From Actinomycetota bacterium (GTDB taxonomy: Bacteria; Actinomycetota; Actinomycetes; S36-B12; GCA-2699445): a DNA stretch of 64,000 bases. The position numbers were made by a program, and so were the translations under genes. This document shows positions 9,813 through 21,535 of the stretch, one piece after another. The number at the start of each line of letters is the position of its first letter. Positions within the stretch are counted from its first letter, which is position 1. A model generated the notes under the pieces. That model made no database searches. It had not been told where the DNA came from and saw only the letters and a list, made by a program, of their open reading frames with translations. Location of the stretch: positions 85,941-149,940 of the forward strand of contig JAGQTY010000004.1 in the NCBI GenBank assembly GCA_020438795.1. The letters are read 5' to 3'.

Positions 9813-10324
9813 TCAGTCGGTGTTCAGTTCGTGGCGTTGTGGGTCGGCGACGCTGATTTCAGTGAGGTCGCCGTCGATCGGTTCGGCCAGATCGGGGTGG
9901 CTCTGCGAGATGGCGTCCTTGAGCGCCATCCAGGCGAGCAGGGCGCACTTGACCCGGGCGGGGTACTTCGCGACACCTTCGAAGGCGATCAGGTCGCCGA
10001 GACTCTCCTCATCCACCTGCTCACCGTGCATGAGATTCACGAACTCATCCGTCATCGCCAGCGCTTCGCTGACCGTTGCTCCCTCAAGTTCTTCGCAGAG
10101 GATGGAGGCGGAGGCCTGTGAGATCGAGCAACCCTGATTCCAGTAGGACACGTCCTTGAGCACCGGTTCGCCGTCGGTACCTACCGCCACGCGCAGCGTG
10201 ATCTCATCTCCGCAGGTGGGATTCACGTGCATGACCTCAGCGTCGAACGGCTCCCGCAGTCCGCGGCCGCGCGGATTGCGGTAGTGATCCAGGATGACCT
10301 CCTGGTACATGCTCTCAAGATCCA

Positions 10325-10325
<1 letters not shown>
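9813..10325 (-). CDS. sufU: SUF-system sulfur acceptor/scaffold SufU
   Basis: NPTCGD and GCSISQAS cysteine motifs. TGATG overlap with sufS. Confidence 0.9.
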
Positions 10326-12366
<2,041 letters not shown>

Positions 12367-12368
12367 AT

Positions 12369-12692
12369 TCAGATCTCCACTTCCACGACGGCCACGCCGT
12401 CCGTCTCGACCACTCTGGTCGCGAACACGGGCACCGGCTCCCACGCCGGTGGCTCCTGCGGCTCCCCGGTCCGCAGATCGAACCGGGAGGCGTGCAACCA
12501 GCACTCGATCGTGCACTGGTCGTCCACCTCTCCTTCGCTCAGGGGCACCTCTGCGTGGGAGCAGACGTCCTCGATGGCGAAGACCTCATCCCCCACCTTG
12601 ACAATGGCAACGGGGGTGCCGTCCAGCTCCACCGCTTGGGGTTTGCGGTCGGGTAGCTCATCCAGCCGGGCGACCGCGAGCCACTCACTCAT
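12369..12692 (-). CDS. Rieske [2Fe-2S] ferredoxin embedded in the suf operon
   Basis: 107 aa with CSH...CWLH Rieske ligands. ATG 12692 overlaps the sufD stop by 8 nt. Its stop lies 2 nt before the sufC ATG. Confidence 0.85.
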   Translation of the reverse strand: MSEWLAVARLDELPDRKPQAVELDGTPVAIVKVGDEVFAIEDVCSHAEVPLSEGEVDDQCTIECWLHASRFDLRTGEPQEPPAWEPVPVFATRVVETDGVAVVEVEI

Positions 12693-13845
12693 ACTCGGAC
12701 AGCCTCTCCTCCACGGTGGCGACCAGCGCATCAGCGACGGCTTCGATGCCGATCCGACGCGCCACGTCGGCGAAGAAGCCGAGTACGACCAGGCGCCGGG
12801 CCTCTCCTCGAGGAATCCCCCGCGACTGCAGGTAGAACAACTGCTCCTCATCGAACCTTCCGGTTGCGGCCGCGTGGCCGGCACCTGCCACCTCCCCGGT
12901 CTCGATCTCCAGGTTGGGGACGGAATCCGCGCGCGCACCGTCGGTGAGGACGAGGTTTCGATTCAGTTCGTAAGTGGAGGTCCCTGTGGCGTTGGCGCGG
13001 ATGAGCACGTCTCCCACCCAGACGCTGTGGGCCTTGTCGCCGGCCAGCGCCCCCTTGTAGGCGACATCGGAACGGCAATCGGGCTGCGCATGGTCGACGA
13101 AGAGCCGGTGCTCCTGATGCTGTCCGGCCGCGGTGAAGAATGCGCCGAGCAGAACCGCTTCGCCGCCCCGGCCCGCGAAGCGCACCGCGGTGTTGCAGCG
13201 CACGACGTCGCCACCCAGGGTGATCGCCACGGCCTTGAGCTGAGCGTCAGCCTCAAGTTCGGCGTTGATGTTGCTGACCAGGACACCCTCGGGCTCCTGC
13301 TGCTGCAGGCTGGCCAGGCGCAGCTGGGCGCCCTGAGCGAGCCGCACCGTGACATCCCCGGCGTAGGCACCGTCACCGAGGTGGTCGAGGACCACCGTCG
13401 TCGCGGAGTTCGCCCCGGCCTCGATGAGTACGTGACCGGCACAGGTGGCGTCCCCGGTCGCGGTGATCGTGACATGGACCGGCTCCTCGCTGACGGCATT
13501 GGCCGGGATGGCGACGTGCGCCACCTCCCGGACCGCCTGCCAGGCCAGCGCAGCGACGCGATCGGACGGGGCGATCACGCGGTCCCGGACCTGTTCGGCC
13601 GCGTCCTTCGACAAGGCCACCGTCGCCGGCCCGGTCATGAGGTAACTCAGACCGGTCTGACCATGGTTGCCGAGCTCGAGGCCGCGCAGCCGCCGAAGTG
13701 GCGTGAACCGCCAGGATTCCTCCCGCCCGGTCAGTGGTTCGAAGAGTTCGGCGTCGAATGAGCTCAGCGAGGGGCTGAGGTCGGTGGGCGGCACGTCCGG
13801 CACCACCGCGTCGTCCACGTTCGTCGCTTTCGTGGCACCGGTCAT
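12685..13845 (-). CDS. sufD: Fe-S cluster assembly protein SufD
   Basis: 386 aa with beta-helix SufB/D family similarity. ATGA overlap with the sufB stop. Confidence 0.9.
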   Translation of the reverse strand: MTGATKATNVDDAVVPDVPPTDLSPSLSSFDAELFEPLTGREESWRFTPLRRLRGLELGNHGQTGLSYLMTGPATVALSKDAAEQVRDRVIAPSDRVAALAWQAVREVAHVAIPANAVSEEPVHVTITATGDATCAGHVLIEAGANSATTVVLDHLGDGAYAGDVTVRLAQGAQLRLASLQQQEPEGVLVSNINAELEADAQLKAVAITLGGDVVRCNTAVRFAGRGGEAVLLGAFFTAAGQHQEHRLFVDHAQPDCRSDVAYKGALAGDKAHSVWVGDVLIRANATGTSTYELNRNLVLTDGARADSVPNLEIETGEVAGAGHAAATGRFDEEQLFYLQSRGIPRGEARRLVVLGFFADVARRIGIEAVADALVATVEERLSEYE

Positions 13846-15245
13846 CCGACCGCTCCTTCCATCTGCAGCTCGATCAGGCGGTTGAGCTCCAGGGCATACT
13901 CCATGGGGAGCTCTCTGGCGATCGGCTCGATGAAGCCGCGCACGATCATGGCCATCGCCTCGTCCTCACTGATACCCCGGGACTGCAGGTAGAACAGCTG
14001 ATCCTCGCTGACCTTGCTCACTGTGGCCTCGTGGCCCATCGACACCTCGTCGGTTCGGATGTCGTTGTAGGGGTAGGTGTCCGAACGGCTCTCGTCGTCG
14101 ACGAGCAGGGCGTCACACCGGACGGTGGACGCCGATCCGACCGCCTTCGGCTGCACCTGGACCAGGCCCCGGTAGCTCGACCGCCCGCCGCCACGGGCCA
14201 CCGACTTCGAGACCACGGAACTCGAGGTGTTCGGCGCCGCGTGCACCATCTTGGAACCGGCGTCCTGATGCTGCCCGGGACCGGCGAACGCGATCGACAA
14301 CGTCTCACCCTTGGCGTGCTCGCCCATGAGCCAGACGGCCGGGTATTTCATGGTCACCTTCGAGCCGAGGTTGCCGTCGACCCACTCCATCGTGGCGCCC
14401 TTGTGCGCGATCGCGCGCTTGGTCACCAGGTTGTAGACGTTGGTGGACCAGTTCTGGATGGTGGTGTAGCGGCAGCGGGCGTTGTCCTTGACGATGATCT
14501 CGACGACGGCAGAGTGCAGCGAGTCCGTCTTGTAGATGGGAGCCGTGCAGCCCTCGACGTAGTGCACGTAGGCACCCTCGTCGACGATGATGAGGGTCCG
14601 CTCGAACTGACCCATGTTCTCGGTGTTGATCCGGAAGTAGGCCTGCAGGGGAATCTCCACGTGGACCCCCTTGGGCACGTAGATGAAGGACCCCCCGGAC
14701 CAGACGGCGGTGTTGAGCGCGGAGAACTTGTTGTCGCCGGCCGGAATCACCGAGCCGAAGTACTCCTTGAAGAGTTCTGGGTGTTCTTTCAGCCCGGTGT
14801 CGGTGTCGAGGAAGATGACACCCTGCTCCTCAAGATCCTCCCGGATCTTGTGGTAAACAACTTCGCTCTCATATTGCGCGGCCACACCAGCGACAAGTCG
14901 CTGCTTCTCAGCCTCAGGAATTCCGAGCTTGTCGTAGGTGTTCTTGATGTCCTCAGGGAGATCCTCCCACGACTCGGCCTGATTCTCGGTCGATCGCACG
15001 AAGTACTTGATCGTGTCGAAGTCGATGTCGCTGAGGTCTGCGCCCCAGTTGGGCATGGGCTTCTTCTCGAACAGCTGCAGGCCCTTGAGCCGCGCCTGCA
15101 ACATCCATTCGGGTTCGTTCTTCCTGGCGCTGATGTCGCGGACGACCGCCTCGCTGAGGCCCCGCTGCGCCGACGCACCGGCCACATCCGAGTCGGCCCA
15201 GCCGTACTCGTAGTTGCCGATGCCTGCCAGCTGGTCAGTGCTCAT
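13842..15245 (-). CDS. sufB: Fe-S cluster assembly protein SufB (no intein)
   Basis: 467 aa, highly conserved SufB sequence ([11 protein letters not shown]...HEATVSKV). ATG 15245 has AGGAG upstream. Confidence 0.95.
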   Translation of the reverse strand: MSTDQLAGIGNYEYGWADSDVAGASAQRGLSEAVVRDISARKNEPEWMLQARLKGLQLFEKKPMPNWGADLSDIDFDTIKYFVRSTENQAESWEDLPEDIKNTYDKLGIPEAEKQRLVAGVAAQYESEVVYHKIREDLEEQGVIFLDTDTGLKEHPELFKEYFGSVIPAGDNKFSALNTAVWSGGSFIYVPKGVHVEIPLQAYFRINTENMGQFERTLIIVDEGAYVHYVEGCTAPIYKTDSLHSAVVEIIVKDNARCRYTTIQNWSTNVYNLVTKRAIAHKGATMEWVDGNLGSKVTMKYPAVWLMGEHAKGETLSIAFAGPGQHQDAGSKMVHAAPNTSSSVVSKSVARGGGRSSYRGLVQVQPKAVGSASTVRCDALLVDDESRSDTYPYNDIRTDEVSMGHEATVSKVSEDQLFYLQSRGISEDEAMAMIVRGFIEPIARELPMEYALELNRLIELQMEGAVG

Positions 15246-15948
15246 TGCGGACCTCTCCTTCTGGTTGCGTGCTGCCGCCGACCACAGTCGTGCACACCGG
15301 ATCACCGTTGGCGATGGTCGCCAGTCGGGTGACGTGAGTGCCGAGCAGCCGCCCGATGGCGTTGCGTTCTTCTTCGCAGATCTGCGGGAACTCCTCGGCG
15401 ACGTGGGCCACCGGACAGTTGTGCTGGCAGATCTGCAGACCGGCGCCCGGCTCTCCTCCGGAGATGGTCGCGGCGAAACCGTCGGTACTCAGGCCGGTGG
15501 CCAGCGCGGCTGCCCGGTCCTGCGCGGTCGGTTCCTCGCGCACCAGAGGCAGGTAGCGCCGTTCGAACTCCTCCGCACGGCCCCGAGCGAACGCCGAGAC
15601 ACCGGTCTCTCCGGTCTGCTCGGCCAGGAACCGGAGCGCTGAGATCGCCAGATCGTCATAGGAGTGCGAGAAGGAGTCACGCCCGGCATCGGTCACCGAG
15701 AACACCTTGGGTGGCCTGCCCCTGCCCCGGTCGCGAAGCGGACCGTAAGAGGGCCGGTCGCCGGCATCGATGAGCCCGCTCTCGAGCAGGGAATCGAGAT
15801 GCCTGCGAACCCCGGCCGCAGTCAGGCTCAATCGTTGCGCCAGTTCGGAAGCTGTGGCGGGACCGTCGACAAGCAAGCTGCGCAGCACCCGACGGGATGC
15901 TGCGGAGATCCTCTCCTGGGACTTGACGTCCCCCGCAGCTGCTGACAC
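15235..15948 (-). CDS. sufR: SufR-type winged-HTH transcriptional repressor of the suf operon
   Basis: N-terminal ArsR-like wHTH ([24 protein letters not shown]). Four C-terminal Cys (CQHNC...QIC...PVC) are plausible Fe-S ligands. GTG 15948 has AGGAGG 4 nt upstream. It overlaps the sufB start by 11 nt. Confidence 0.8.
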   Translation of the reverse strand: MSAAAGDVKSQERISAASRRVLRSLLVDGPATASELAQRLSLTAAGVRRHLDSLLESGLIDAGDRPSYGPLRDRGRGRPPKVFSVTDAGRDSFSHSYDDLAISALRFLAEQTGETGVSAFARGRAEEFERRYLPLVREEPTAQDRAAALATGLSTDGFAATISGGEPGAGLQICQHNCPVAHVAEEFPQICEEERNAIGRLLGTHVTRLATIANGDPVCTTVVGGSTQPEGEVRNEH

Positions 15949-15997
15949 GGCACCTCCTGGGACCCGCAGTCCGGACCCGGCATGGAATTCATTTCGA

Positions 15998-16011
15998 CAA
16001 CACTATTGTTG
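15998..16011. promoter_or_regulatory. palindrome CAAC-N6-GTTG, candidate SufR operator
   Basis: CAACACTATTGTTG lies 50 nt upstream of the sufR start. From memory, it matches the CAAC-N6-GTTG operator half-site arrangement reported for cyanobacterial SufR. Confidence 0.45.
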
Positions 16012-16110
16012 CGTAATATCCGATGTGGGGTCAACCACCCCGCACGCGGCCCATCCGGTAGGCGCACGTGGTCCCCAGCCGGGGGCCCCTTGAGCCGATG
16101 ACTCGCAGGA

Positions 16111-16278
16111 TCAGCCTTCCTGGCCCTTCTCTTTGTCCGGCCTCACCGCAAGGAAAGTGGCGGTCTCATCCGGGGGTGCCATCTGGTAGCCACAGTTCGG
16201 GCAGTGCAGCCAGGTCCCCTTCATCACGAGTTCGGTACCGCAGCGGGGACAGGTCTCTTCATCCGGTTTCGTCGCCAT
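16111..16278 (-). CDS. 55-aa zinc-ribbon micro-protein (CPRC...CPNC)
   Basis: MATKPDEETCPRCGTELVMKGTWLHCPNCGYQM... has two CxxC pairs 15 residues apart. It runs in the same direction as sufR, directly upstream of it. The 37 N-terminal codons of the track ORF (16279-16389) are Gly/Ser/Trp-rich and are discounted. Confidence 0.5.
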   Translation of the reverse strand: MATKPDEETCPRCGTELVMKGTWLHCPNCGYQMAPPDETATFLAVRPDKEKGQEG

Positions 16279-16469
16279 AGCTGGATTCTTCCCCACCCAC
16301 CCCCGCGATGAAACCCCAGCGACGCCGACGGACGATGAAGATGCCCAGCTCGCCCCGGCCCACCAGCCGACGGCGACAGTGCCAGCCAACTCGGGGGTTC
16401 AGGCGTCCGTGCGGCCCCCGACGGCGGTGACACGATCACCGATGGTTTCTGCAGCCGGGTCAGGGCCCG

Positions 16470-16485
16470 TACAATGCAACACGTG
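16470..16485 (+). promoter_or_regulatory. TACAAT -10 box with a possible leaderless GTG start for the ABC ATPase
   Basis: TACAAT at 16470-16475 overlaps the ATG at 16474. An in-frame GTG at 16483 lies 7 nt after the -10 box. No SD is present. Confidence 0.3.
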
Positions 16486-17430
16486 GGTGGTTGGGCAGTC
16501 GTCGTCCGGAATCTGCGGGTGAGTTTCGGCGACGTGGAGGCGGTTCGTGACCTCAGTCTGTCCCTGCCCCTCGGGGAGATCTCGGCAGTGCTGGGACCCA
16601 ACGGCGCGGGCAAGACAACCACCATGGAGGTCTGCGCGGGACTGACCCAGCCGGATTCAGGACAGGTCGATGTCCTTGGGGTGGACCCCTGGCACGCGCT
16701 GGCGAGCCACCGCGCTCGCATCGGCGTCATGCTCCAGTCCGGTGGCATATGGTCCACAGCGTCACCGAAGCAGGCACTGTCCCACCTCGCAGGCTTCTAT
16801 CAGCAGCCGTGGCCGGTGGCCGACCTCCTCGGTGAGCTCGAGCTCACCAGAGTCGCCAGGACGCCGTTCCGCCGGCTCAGCGGCGGGGAGCAGCAACGCG
16901 TGAAGCTGGCGGCCGCGCTCATCGGCCGCCCCGAACTGCTGCTGCTGGACGAGCCCACTGCTGGCCTCGACCCGAGCACCCGCCTCAAGGTGTGGGATCT
17001 GCTCCGGTCACTGCGGGCCAGTGGCGTGACCGTGGCCCTTTCCACGCATTCCTTCCAGGAGGCCGAAGCGCTGGCGCAGCACCACGTCATCATCCATGAG
17101 GGCCGGGTCGCTGCCATGGGCACGCTGCAGGAACTGAATCCGGCCACCGGTGGGGAATCGTTGTGGTTCACCACATCCAACGGGCTGAACACGGCCTCTC
17201 TCGAGCTGGCCTGCCCGCCCAACACGCGAGTCGCCGTCGCCTCTCCGGGCCGCTACCGACTGGATGGCACGCCGATCACACCCGAGCTCATGGCCACTGT
17301 CACCGCCTGGTGCGCCAACAGCGGTGTGGTCGCCACAGACCTGCAGGTGCGCGGTGCCACCTTGGAAGACGTCTACCTCGCGGTCACCGGCTACGAGCGC
17401 AGCCGCGATCGCACAGGGAGCCCAGCGTGA
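16474..17430 (+). CDS. ABC transporter ATP-binding protein (ABC-2/DrrA-type)
   Basis: Walker A GPNGAGKTT, signature LSGGEQQR, Walker B LLLLDEPTAGLD. The start is 16474 or 16483. GTGA overlap with the permease gene. Confidence 0.9.
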   Translation: MQHVGGWAVVVRNLRVSFGDVEAVRDLSLSLPLGEISAVLGPNGAGKTTTMEVCAGLTQPDSGQVDVLGVDPWHALASHRARIGVMLQSGGIWSTASPKQALSHLAGFYQQPWPVADLLGELELTRVARTPFRRLSGGEQQRVKLAAALIGRPELLLLDEPTAGLDPSTRLKVWDLLRSLRASGVTVALSTHSFQEAEALAQHHVIIHEGRVAAMGTLQELNPATGGESLWFTTSNGLNTASLELACPPNTRVAVASPGRYRLDGTPITPELMATVTAWCANSGVVATDLQVRGATLEDVYLAVTGYERSRDRTGSPA

Positions 17431-18218
17431 GGGCCAGCCCGAGTGTCACCCAGCATCCCCCCGTGGGACGACCCGCGTCCCCGCGACGGGTCGTGCGCTC
17501 GCAGGCGCGTCTGGAACTGCGGCTCATGATGAGCAACGGGGAACAGATCCTCCTGACAATGATCATCCCCGTCGTGCTGCTGCTCGGCCTCTCATTGACG
17601 TCCTTTGTGAACGTCGGCGGCGACACTCAGGCCGAGCGGATCGACCTCGTGGTTCCAGGAGTCATCGCGCTGGCGATCATGTCGAGCGCCTTCACGGCTC
17701 AGGCCATCGCGACGGGCTTCGACCGGCGCAGCGAAGCGATCAAGTTCCTGGGCACCACTCCCCTGTCCCGCACCGGGCTGCTGACGGCAAAGATAGCCGC
17801 CGTGAGCGTGATTCAGGTCGTGCAACTGATCGTGCTGGCCGCTATCGGTCTGCTGGTCGGCTGGCGCCCTGAGGGTCCATGGCCATTGGCGTTGCTCTAC
17901 GTGATCCTCGGCACGGCCGCCTTCACGGCGCTCGGCCTGGCCCTCGCAGGCGTACTGCGCGCGGAGATCACCCTGGCCGCGGCCAACGCCCTGTACCTTC
18001 TCATGCTGCTGGCCGGCGGGATCGTCATTCCGCCCTCGGAACTGCCCGGGCCGCTGGCCGCGGTGTCCTCGGCCTTCCCGAGCGCCGGACTGGCCGACGG
18101 GCTCCGCCTGACTCTGAGCGGCATCGGCTCCGACGGTGTACTCGCCGCCCTGATCCTGCTCCTCTGGACCGGCGTCGGCGCACTCCTGGTGCGTCGCACG
18201 TTCCGGTGGACCTCGTGA
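17427..18218 (+). CDS. ABC-2 type transporter permease
   Basis: 263 aa, 6 TM helices. GTG 17427 overlaps the ATPase stop (GTGA). The track ORF from 17163 is an out-of-gene extension. Confidence 0.85.
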   Translation: MRASPSVTQHPPVGRPASPRRVVRSQARLELRLMMSNGEQILLTMIIPVVLLLGLSLTSFVNVGGDTQAERIDLVVPGVIALAIMSSAFTAQAIATGFDRRSEAIKFLGTTPLSRTGLLTAKIAAVSVIQVVQLIVLAAIGLLVGWRPEGPWPLALLYVILGTAAFTALGLALAGVLRAEITLAAANALYLLMLLAGGIVIPPSELPGPLAAVSSAFPSAGLADGLRLTLSGIGSDGVLAALILLLWTGVGALLVRRTFRWTS

Positions 18219-19003
18219 GCCCAGCACGTCTGCCCAACGGCCGGGACCTCGGCCAATTCCGGACCTCGGACGGACGCCTGGTGCGCCCAGGGATGCTGTT
18301 CCGCTCCGCGGCTCCCACCGATCCCAGCCTGGTGTCGGTACTGGCCGGCCTGGACATCGGCGTGGTCTACGACCTGCGCACCATCGGCGAATCCCAGCAT
18401 CGCCCGGACATCCTGCCGGACTCGGTGAGACTCCGGGCCGAAGACATGCTTGAGGACGACCCTGACTCAGGTCCAGCATCACTCGGGTCGATCGCCAGGG
18501 CCTCGTTGGCGGGTGAGCGACCGGACCTCAGCCGTGATGAGCTACGCCAGGCCTTCCTCACGGGCTACCGGTCCTTCGTCACCCTGGGGAGTTCCCGGAG
18601 GGCCGCGGCCAGGATTCTCACTGAACTCGCCGAAGAGAACACTCGTCCCGTGCTCTTCCACTGCACCGCAGGAAAGGACCGGACCGGTTGGCTAGCAGCA
18701 CTGATCCTGTTGACCCTGGGCGTTCCCGAGGAACAGATCATGAGCGACTACCTGAGCTCCGGGCCGGCCGTGTGGGAGATGTTCGCCCCCTACGCCGAGC
18801 AACTCAGGCAGTCCGGCGGTGACGTCGAGATGATGAAGGTGGCCCTCGGCGTCTATCCCGAGTACCTGAGGTCATCCTTCACCGAATTGCACGAGCGCTT
18901 CGGCACGCTGGACAACTACCTGAGCGAGGGGCTCTCCCTCGACCCGGCCATCGGGGCCGAACTGCGCGCAAGAATGCTGATCCCACCGACTGGAGCCCCA
19001 TGA
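18215..19003 (+). CDS. tyrosine-protein phosphatase-like protein (Y_phosphatase3 / CX5R family)
   Basis: HCTAGKDRTG active-site loop. GTG 18215 overlaps the permease stop (GTGA). Its stop overlaps the ctaA ATG (ATGA). Confidence 0.85.
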   Translation: MSPARLPNGRDLGQFRTSDGRLVRPGMLFRSAAPTDPSLVSVLAGLDIGVVYDLRTIGESQHRPDILPDSVRLRAEDMLEDDPDSGPASLGSIARASLAGERPDLSRDELRQAFLTGYRSFVTLGSSRRAAARILTELAEENTRPVLFHCTAGKDRTGWLAALILLTLGVPEEQIMSDYLSSGPAVWEMFAPYAEQLRQSGGDVEMMKVALGVYPEYLRSSFTELHERFGTLDNYLSEGLSLDPAIGAELRARMLIPPTGAP

Positions 19004-20046
19004 CCAGCCAGCCGCCCACCCAGACCACCTCGCAGCTGCGGACCAGCCGGACGCCGCGCTGGGTCCTGAACGTCTTCCGGGCGAACCTGATCGCCCAGGT
19101 CGGCATCGTGGTGACCGGCGGTCTTGTACGGCTGACGGGGTCCGGGCTCGGCTGTCCCACCTGGCCGGAGTGCGTGGACGGTTCGCTGGTCCCGACGGCA
19201 CGGCAGGAGGAGGCCTATCACAAGTTCATCGAGTTCGGGAACCGCCTGCTCACGTTCGTCCTCACTGCGCTGGCCATCGCTGCGATCGTGGCCACGATCG
19301 CATGGGCACGCAAGCGCCGCCGTAGCGGATTGCCGAGGCGCACCTCCCTGCTGCTGCTGGCGACCGTGCCGCTGCTCGGCACCGTCGCACAAGCGGTCCT
19401 CGGCGGGATAACCGTCCTCACCGGGCTGCATCCTGCCGTGGTGGCCGCCCACTTCCTGCTCAGTATCGCCGTCATCGGCGGCTGTGTAGTACTCGTGGAC
19501 CGGGCCGGCGCCGATGCCGACAGCCCGAAGGACTTTGTCGTCCCTCCCCTCGTGCGCTGGTATACCAACGCCCTCGTCTCGCTGACAGCCGTCGTACTGC
19601 TGGTGGGCACGGTGGTCACCGGCAGCGGACCGAACTCGGGTGACGCAGATGTGGCTCACCGGTTCGGCTTCGACCAGCGCTTCGTGGCCTGGCTCCACGC
19701 GGACCTCGTGCTGCTCACAGTCGGCATGACGCTGGGAATGCTGTTGTTGTCCTACCTGGCGCTCTCCGAGCGGGCGATCCGGCGACGGACCTGGTACTTG
19801 GTGGCAGCACTGGCGGCCAACGGCTTCGTCGGCTACCTGCAGTTGTTCACCGGGCTGCCCTGGGCAGCGGTGGCGACCCACATGCTGCTGGCCTGCCTGG
19901 TATGGATCGCGGCACTGAGACTGCGCCTGGGCATGACCCGGCGGGGCACCGCGGCCACGGTTGCAGAGATCGATCTCACCACCCCGCTCGTCGCCGTCGG
20001 TGAGCCGGCAGCATCCGTGACAACGACTGCCCGGCGCGACACCTGA
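19000..20046 (+). CDS. ctaA: heme A synthase (COX15/CtaA)
   Basis: RLTGSGLGCPTWPEC cysteine pair, 8 TM helices, conserved His residues. Confidence 0.9.
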   Translation: MTSQPPTQTTSQLRTSRTPRWVLNVFRANLIAQVGIVVTGGLVRLTGSGLGCPTWPECVDGSLVPTARQEEAYHKFIEFGNRLLTFVLTALAIAAIVATIAWARKRRRSGLPRRTSLLLLATVPLLGTVAQAVLGGITVLTGLHPAVVAAHFLLSIAVIGGCVVLVDRAGADADSPKDFVVPPLVRWYTNALVSLTAVVLLVGTVVTGSGPNSGDADVAHRFGFDQRFVAWLHADLVLLTVGMTLGMLLLSYLALSERAIRRRTWYLVAALAANGFVGYLQLFTGLPWAAVATHMLLACLVWIAALRLRLGMTRRGTAATVAEIDLTTPLVAVGEPAASVTTTARRDT

Positions 20047-20269
20047 CCCAGCTGAACGCAGGGCCACGGGCGTACGTCGCCTGTGTGAATCCTCGCACAG
20101 CACCTTTTGGAGACGGAATACCTCACATAGGGTCGGCAGTGTTGTGGGCGGACCGGAGATCCCGGAAGTTCCCATCATTCAGGGAATGATCCCACGGGCA
20201 GATTGTTGGTCATCACATGTACTTCGTGGGTCAGCACCACAGCGCACGAGTCCTGGGATGCCCGGATCG

Positions 20270-21535
20270 ATGAGCACCGCGACCGCACCGTCCGAACTCC
20301 GAACAGAGCCCTCCGCGCTTGAGCGGTACGAGACGGTGCGGGCGTTCACCGACGAGCTGACCTCGCCGATCAGCCCTGAGGACCAGACCCCGCAGTCGAT
20401 GCCGGACTGCAGTCCAACCAAGTGGCACCGTGCGCACACGAGCTGGTTCTTCGAGGAGTTCATCCTGGCCGGCCGGGCCGACTACCGACCCTTCGACGAC
20501 CGGTTCCGGTTCCTCTTCAACAGCTATTACGAGGCTGTCGGGCCCCGGCAGCCACGACCGGAACGCGGACTCATCACTCGTCCCGACGCCGCTGAGGTCA
20601 CGCGATACCGCGACCATGTGGACAGCGAGATGAAGGACCTGCTCTCCGGGAACCCGACCGCTGAGGTGCTCGAACTGGCCACCCTCGGGCTCAACCATGA
20701 ACAGCAGCACCAGGAGCTCCTGCTCATGGACATCAAGAATCTGCTGTTCAGCAACCGCTTCCACCCGGCCTACACCGTGGCTGATGATCCGGTGACCGGC
20801 AGGCTCGACATTGAGCACACCGGCTGGACCAGGCTCGGCGGGGGCCTGCACCTGATCGGTCATGACGGGCGGGGCTTCTGCTTCGACAACGAAGGACCAC
20901 GCCACGAGGCCCTCGTCCCGGCCTTCGACATCAGCAACAGTCTTGTCACCAACGGCCAGTGGCTCGAGTTCATGGCCGACGACGGCTACCACCGACCGGA
21001 CCTGTGGCTCAGCGACGGCTGGGCCACTGCGCAGACGCTGGGCTGGGACGCGCCCCTGTACTGGACCCAGGAGGACGGCCGGTGGCAGACCTACACCCTG
21101 ACCGGTGATCGCAGCATCACCCCTGAAGAGCCGGTCTGCCACGTCAGCTACTACGAGGCCGACGCCTTCGCACGTTGGGCCGGGGCCCGGCTGCCGACCG
21201 AGGCGGAATGGGAGGTTGCCGCGACCACCCAGCCCCCCGCCACCCAGTTCCGCTGGCACCCCGCTGAGACGGCGAACGGCGACCGGCCGCTGCGCGGACT
21301 CTTCGGCAGTGTCTGGCAGTGGACGTCCTCCCCGTACACCCCCTACCCGGGCTTCGCGCCCGCCCCGGGCGCTGTGGGTGAGTACAACGGCAAGTTCATG
21401 GTCAACCAGCAGGTCCTTCGCGGCTCCGCCTGCATCACTCCGCCCGGGCACGAGCGGGTCAGCTACCGGAACTTCTACCACCCGCACTCCCGCTGGCCGT
21501 TCACGGGCCTCCGACTGGCGAGGGACGAATCATGA
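20270..21535 (+). CDS. egtB: ergothioneine biosynthesis sulfoxide synthase EgtB (DinB_2 + FGE-sulfatase domains)
   Basis: SPTKWHRAHTSWFFEEF (DinB-like), HEQQHQELL iron ligands, GSVWQWTSSPY...RGSA...FTGLRLARD (FGE-like). Start is ATG 20270, or possibly 20258. Confidence 0.9.
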   Translation: MSTATAPSELRTEPSALERYETVRAFTDELTSPISPEDQTPQSMPDCSPTKWHRAHTSWFFEEFILAGRADYRPFDDRFRFLFNSYYEAVGPRQPRPERGLITRPDAAEVTRYRDHVDSEMKDLLSGNPTAEVLELATLGLNHEQQHQELLLMDIKNLLFSNRFHPAYTVADDPVTGRLDIEHTGWTRLGGGLHLIGHDGRGFCFDNEGPRHEALVPAFDISNSLVTNGQWLEFMADDGYHRPDLWLSDGWATAQTLGWDAPLYWTQEDGRWQTYTLTGDRSITPEEPVCHVSYYEADAFARWAGARLPTEAEWEVAATTQPPATQFRWHPAETANGDRPLRGLFGSVWQWTSSPYTPYPGFAPAPGAVGEYNGKFMVNQQVLRGSACITPPGHERVSYRNFYHPHSRWPFTGLRLARDES

